From Bdellovibrionales bacterium (GTDB lineage Bacteria; Bdellovibrionota; Bdellovibrionia; Bdellovibrionales; JAMPXM01), in the NCBI GenBank assembly GCA_043739185.1, contig JAYUEN010000448.1:1-10674 (forward strand): 10,674 nucleotides of DNA. The letters are read 5' to 3'. Position 1 is the stretch's first letter. Every line of letters starts with the position of its first letter. The position numbers and the translations under genes were made by a program. Shown in pieces: positions 6,990-10,674 of the stretch. Under the pieces are notes generated by a model. The model did no database searches and was not told where the DNA came from. It saw nothing but the letters and a program-made list of their open reading frames with translations.

Positions 6990-8930
6990 ATGAATTTGAG
7001 TTCTGCTTTGCCGGCTCGCATATTCTTAAATATTTTAGTTGGCGGCTTTGCCATTTGCGCATTGTGCGTTTCGTGCACGTCGGGAACTTCTCCAAACGAT
7101 AATGCGCCTTCGATGCCGCCTGCGCCTCCTGTGACCGATGTGCCGATCCCGCCGAAGAACGCGACCCAGGCAACAGCCCAAGCGGTCGTGCGCGATGGCG
7201 GATTTGAAGAGGCCATCCTTTGTGATACGTCATCCGGTCAACCGAGAGCCTTGTCGCTGGCGCGCTACGAACTGGCTCGTTTCGATAAAAGTTCGGTTGC
7301 GCCACAGTTAAAAGCCGCGAAGAATTGGACAGAGGCACTCAAAATCGCACTCGATCGTTGGAATCTGCAGGCTCCATTTACCGCGCGCGACATTCGGCTG
7401 CAGTGGCCGCGTGTTCCCCAAACGTCAGCTAAAGTCGAAGATCATACACTTCCTCCCACTGAACTAGATGAAACAAAAGCGCCGAAAGATATCGCGTTGA
7501 TTCCGCATGGCTGTTCGTTGGTACCAATGTTGGCGCTCGAAGCCTCTGAAAAAGGTTATGTTTTTAATGGTGCGATCTGGGCAATGCTTGAGCCTGTCGA
7601 TCAAGCAGCGCTTTTGATTCAACTTTCGATTACCGAGAAGACTGTGCAGTTGGGCGCGAAGGATAGCGTCGTTGCTCGCCGTTATACACGCATGCTTCTT
7701 GATGGCAAAGTTCCGACCTTCACCGACGTTCGGGCCGTGACAAAACTTTTAGGACCCAGCAATGAAATGGAAATCGGCTTCGAAAATGGTGATGGTGTTA
7801 TTCTCGAAGTTCCTCGCTATAGCGAATTCGACAAAGCGCCGTTATCTGAAACCGCTGTCGCCTACATGCTCGCCGGTGGCGAACGGATAAATTCTCGGAT
7901 CAAGTACTGGTCGCAAAACCAAACTAAGATCGGAATTATTCGAAGCTTGACCGAGACAGAAAAACCGCGATCATCGTTGATCGGCCTTGTGTACCACGAG
8001 AATCCGCAAGTCTTAGGCTTTTCAAAAGACATAGTCGACTATCAATTTGACCTTGGCTATTCTCAAAATGAAATCGAATTTGCATCTTCGATCGATACGC
8101 CGCTTACGTACAAAGGTTTCGACGTAGTCTGCGGCGCTGGTGAGGCAATTCGAGTCGAACAAGCGTCGAACACTGGCTCGTGGAATTACGACTCTCGCAA
8201 TTCGCATTTGCTCGCCTGCGGTCGGAATGGACTCAAGAGCGTCAAAGTGAAACTTGCCGACAAAGATTACTTCTTCAAAGCGATGATGAATTGGAGCTAT
8301 CTCATGATCAGTGAGCCGAGTGACATTGAGTTCGGCCTCTACCGATTCTTGGTGGCGCCGAATACCTCCGTCAAAAAGAGCCGGTCTGAAAATGCCGTCG
8401 TGCTTGTGAACGACCTTTCATTTTCAAAAGTGAAAGTTAAAACGGCAAATGGAGCTTGCGACATGAGCGTGACCACACTTTTTCAACTCGCAGATGTGCT
8501 CAGGCTTGGCGGTGAATTGGGGGCGGAATGCGAAGCCAAGACTCCATTAACGGGCGCTAAAGATATCATCGTCAAGGGTGCAGGCAGCGCCGTCGTTGAC
8601 GCCAAAACTGGTTTTATCCGCCAGATTATAACCTATCAAGATGACGCGCTAAAAATTGCTCGGTTCGAAAAGCTTTCAGTTATGGCCTTTGGTCAAAAGC
8701 TCAAAGCTGATGCTGCGGTGTTTGACGATGCCGGCAATCTGGTTTGCCTATCTAACGTCGATTCGTTGGGCGTGAAAGTCGATATTTTCGATCATTATTA
8801 CGACGTCCAAAAGAAAACAAAAGAAGCACTTCAATATCATGACGTGCTCGTGAACCGCCAGGACAAAATTCTTGAATCTGACTATGCACAATCGTGCCAA
8901 AAGATGTTGAAAGGCGTACCCAGAACATGA
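6990..8930 (+). CDS. Large hypothetical lipoprotein (646 aa): Pro-rich tether, helical Cys-containing domain, beta-rich C-terminal region
   Basis: GAGGA Shine-Dalgarno at 6979-6983. Hydrophobic signal ending CVSC (Cys29). PPAPPVTDVPIPP linker. Domain DGGFEEAILC...IPHGCSLVP...YVFNGAIWAMLEPVDQAALL...DSVVARRY. Confidence 0.9.
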   Translation: MNLSSALPARIFLNILVGGFAICALCVSCTSGTSPNDNAPSMPPAPPVTDVPIPPKNATQATAQAVVRDGGFEEAILCDTSSGQPRALSLARYELARFDKSSVAPQLKAAKNWTEALKIALDRWNLQAPFTARDIRLQWPRVPQTSAKVEDHTLPPTELDETKAPKDIALIPHGCSLVPMLALEASEKGYVFNGAIWAMLEPVDQAALLIQLSITEKTVQLGAKDSVVARRYTRMLLDGKVPTFTDVRAVTKLLGPSNEMEIGFENGDGVILEVPRYSEFDKAPLSETAVAYMLAGGERINSRIKYWSQNQTKIGIIRSLTETEKPRSSLIGLVYHENPQVLGFSKDIVDYQFDLGYSQNEIEFASSIDTPLTYKGFDVVCGAGEAIRVEQASNTGSWNYDSRNSHLLACGRNGLKSVKVKLADKDYFFKAMMNWSYLMISEPSDIEFGLYRFLVAPNTSVKKSRSENAVVLVNDLSFSKVKVKTANGACDMSVTTLFQLADVLRLGGELGAECEAKTPLTGAKDIIVKGAGSAVVDAKTGFIRQIITYQDDALKIARFEKLSVMAFGQKLKADAAVFDDAGNLVCLSNVDSLGVKVDIFDHYYDVQKKTKEALQYHDVLVNRQDKILESDYAQSCQKMLKGVPRT

Positions 8931-10207
8931 AGAAGTCATCTGTTTTTCTGACCACTTTTTTTACTACGCTGACGTCTACTTTGATCGCGCAGTCAACTCT
9001 GGCCCAGAGCTTCGGGTTCGTCATGCAAAAGCGCACTCCGATTTTCGTTGCACTGAACTGCGACGCTAAGCTTACTCTCCGCGAGACACATTCTTGGCTA
9101 AAAGCGGGCGCCAAGTTGCCGCCCGAATTAATCAGCGCCGATACCAGAGGCGATTTTGATCTTACCCTGACACTTGCGACAAAATATGCCGATCAGGCGA
9201 GCGCCTCACTGGGGTTTTTAATGTTTCGCCAAGATTTCAAGGGCGCAATGTCGAACGCCGAATTTGCCGAGGACGCGTCTTTCAACGCGCCGGCGATGGG
9301 TCTACCCTCTGTCCTAGATACTTGTGCGGCCTTACCGCTTGCGGTTGATGTTTCGCGCTTACGTAAAGGCGCCGCCTACTTGGTAGACAATCGTATCTTT
9401 CAAAAGTTATCTCCACTCGATAAAATCTTTGCGAGACTTTTGTTTAACGGATTTCGATTCGATTCGATCGCAGCGCTAATAGATGAACGCAGTCACCAAG
9501 GCACTTCACTCGAGCGCGTCGAACGAGCCTTGGCCGTTGGTTTTCCGGCGGTGAATCTCGATGGAATCGAGATCACGCTTGATAGAAACAATCTTAGGCG
9601 CTACAAATCAGGCGCCATTGCCTCCTTAAGCTCGATTGATAAAAAAGGCGACTCCATTGCTGAATATCAGTTTCGCGAAAATGGATTCGCCTCTAAGATT
9701 TATGGGCATGGCGGTTTTAAGTCGGAACTGAATTTAAAATTGGCGAAGGGTGATATTCCCAACGCAGTTAAGAGCGGAGACAAATCAGTTTCTTGTTCAA
9801 AGGCGAGCTATCTTAAGGATGGCTCCTTGCTTGTTTGTGACCATACGATCTTTCGCGATTCCGTCGAAATTTCTTCCGAACTTCGGGGAACCATCGAGCG
9901 CTTTCAAAATTATGGGCCAAGCGATACCAAGGGTTGGAGCGCATCGAAGTCGATCGACCTTGCGGTCGTTGTTCCTTCGATTGAAGGTGGCGCCAGCGGT
10001 ACGATTTTAGAAGGGATTACCAAGCCCGTGAAGTCGATTGAAACATTGGTCGGCGACGAATCCTGCTCTCGCACGACGTTCAAAAACACGGTCTTTAAAG
10101 CGGCCAAAGGCGAATGGGTCGATGAAGACCGACCCAAGATAAAAAACTACGATATTGAGCTGAGCCTGCCCGATACCTGTGTCGGCGCGATCCGCTTGAA
10201 GTTCTAA
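8927..10207 (+). CDS. Secreted hypothetical protein (426 aa from ATG 8927), distant paralog of 6990..8930
   Basis: ATGA overlap with the upstream stop (8927-8930). Sec signal MKKSSVFLTTFFTTLTSTLIAQSTLA. Shares C-x3-P and Y-x-[FV]-[ND]-x2-I-[WF]-x2-L-x-P-[VL]-D with the upstream protein. Confidence 0.9.
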   Translation: MKKSSVFLTTFFTTLTSTLIAQSTLAQSFGFVMQKRTPIFVALNCDAKLTLRETHSWLKAGAKLPPELISADTRGDFDLTLTLATKYADQASASLGFLMFRQDFKGAMSNAEFAEDASFNAPAMGLPSVLDTCAALPLAVDVSRLRKGAAYLVDNRIFQKLSPLDKIFARLLFNGFRFDSIAALIDERSHQGTSLERVERALAVGFPAVNLDGIEITLDRNNLRRYKSGAIASLSSIDKKGDSIAEYQFRENGFASKIYGHGGFKSELNLKLAKGDIPNAVKSGDKSVSCSKASYLKDGSLLVCDHTIFRDSVEISSELRGTIERFQNYGPSDTKGWSASKSIDLAVVVPSIEGGASGTILEGITKPVKSIETLVGDESCSRTTFKNTVFKAAKGEWVDEDRPKIKNYDIELSLPDTCVGAIRLKF

Positions 10208-10220
10208 AAGACAAAAGATT

Positions 10221-10382
10221 TCAATGAGTTTTCTTTGTGGCGGCGGGAGCAAGACTCAAAAAAATGCTCTGCATTTGGTCGCCATTAAGTCGAAAAGCGA
10301 CGGCTTCACCAACTCGAATGTCCCCGGATAAGACGGTTGATTTGGGAATAGTCACCTTTCGACCCTGGGAGGCCAGGGACTT
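10221..10382 (-). pseudogene. Orphan 3' end of a small unidentified gene, convergent on 8927..10207
   Basis: 53-codon frame (KSLASQGRKVTIPKSTVLSGDIRVGEAVAFRLNGDQMQSIFLSLAPAATKKTH*) with protein-like composition. It stops 13 nt from the convergent stop at 10207 and opens where integrase similarity ends. Confidence 0.45.
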
Positions 10383-10555
10383 TCAAGTCGTTTAGCCTCA
10401 TTAAGCAACTTTCTGATCTCATCGATGTTCAAGATTTCAGGTTTTTTTTCTTCTTCTCGCCCGAGAGTCACGCCAAATGTAGGACTCCTGTCAATTCCAT
10501 TTACAAATCTATGATCAATTGCGAACTTGAAAGCTCTACTTACAATTACCTTCAA
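10352..10555 (-). pseudogene. Internal fragment of a phage-type tyrosine recombinase/integrase
   Basis: LKVIVSRAFKFAIDHRFVNGIDRSPTFGVTLGREEEKKPEILNIDEIRKLLNEAKRLESPW matches the end of the core-binding domain, the linker and the 'L..EI..LL' helix. It stops just before the expected TG.R..E..L box I. An in-frame stop lies 6 codons upstream of the TTG. No catalytic residues are present. Confidence 0.8.
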
Positions 10556-10584
10556 GTGGACCGCCAGGCTTCAACGATTTGTTA

Positions 10585-10674
10585 TTAGTACAGCGTCGCA
10601 TTCCGAAGTGAAGCTAACCCATTGCCATTTAAAAAGGTTTTGAGGAATTCTTCGCTCAAATATTTTTTCGTCTC
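10585..10674 (-). CDS. Possible 3' end of a gene entering from the right edge
   Basis: Frame open from the edge (ETKKYLSEEFLKTFLNGNGLASLRNATLY) ending in tandem TAA TAA. A second frame is also open, so the call is ambiguous. Confidence 0.25.
   Translation of the reverse strand, partial: ETKKYLSEEFLKTFLNGNGLASLRNATLY

Noticed and set aside
8894..8926. GTG start at 8894 for the second paralog
   Set aside because: The ATG at 8927 gives ATGA coupling and a canonical MKK signal peptide.
339..10252. Short antisense or alternate-frame ORFs (e.g. 339..527, 1118..1372, 2288..2506, 3133..3318, 4171..4428, 4905..5126, 6857..7216, 6910..7338, 8752..9114, 9750..10010, 10007..10252)
   Set aside because: They overlap better-supported genes or regulatory DNA, and lack ribosome-binding sites and recognisable motifs. 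They are shadow ORFs.
10352..10555. Intact mobile element or prophage boundary
   Set aside because: Only a non-catalytic internal piece of the integrase is present. No tRNA, att core or other phage or transposon genes are in the window.

Overview
This looks like Bdellovibrionota-type bacterial DNA, judging by a TIGR02147/DUF4423 regulator, an FQNC-type lipoprotein and many orphan exported proteins. The taxonomy is inferred from remembered family signatures, not from a search. The AT-richer left block (about 1-6670) holds a pseudo-receiver protein with a strong sigma28-like promoter, a COG3650-like (GTEPFW/CSDGMS) secreted protein, a Tat-signal carotenoid-cleavage oxygenase, a 3'-truncated DUF2157-like gene, an FQNC lipoprotein with a sigma54-like promoter and upstream palindrome, and a TIGR02147 regulator divergent from a small secreted protein. 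The GC-richer right block (about 6670-10370) holds two ATGA-coupled, distantly paralogous exported proteins. It is followed by a ~190-bp internal tyrosine-integrase fragment. The most striking pattern is mosaicism: several genes are cut cleanly mid-domain and joined to unrelated sequence (near 85, 3870, 10373 and 10560) with no internal decay. This is either very recent illegitimate recombination or chimeric assembly/amplification. No rRNA, tRNA, CRISPR array or intact mobile element was seen.
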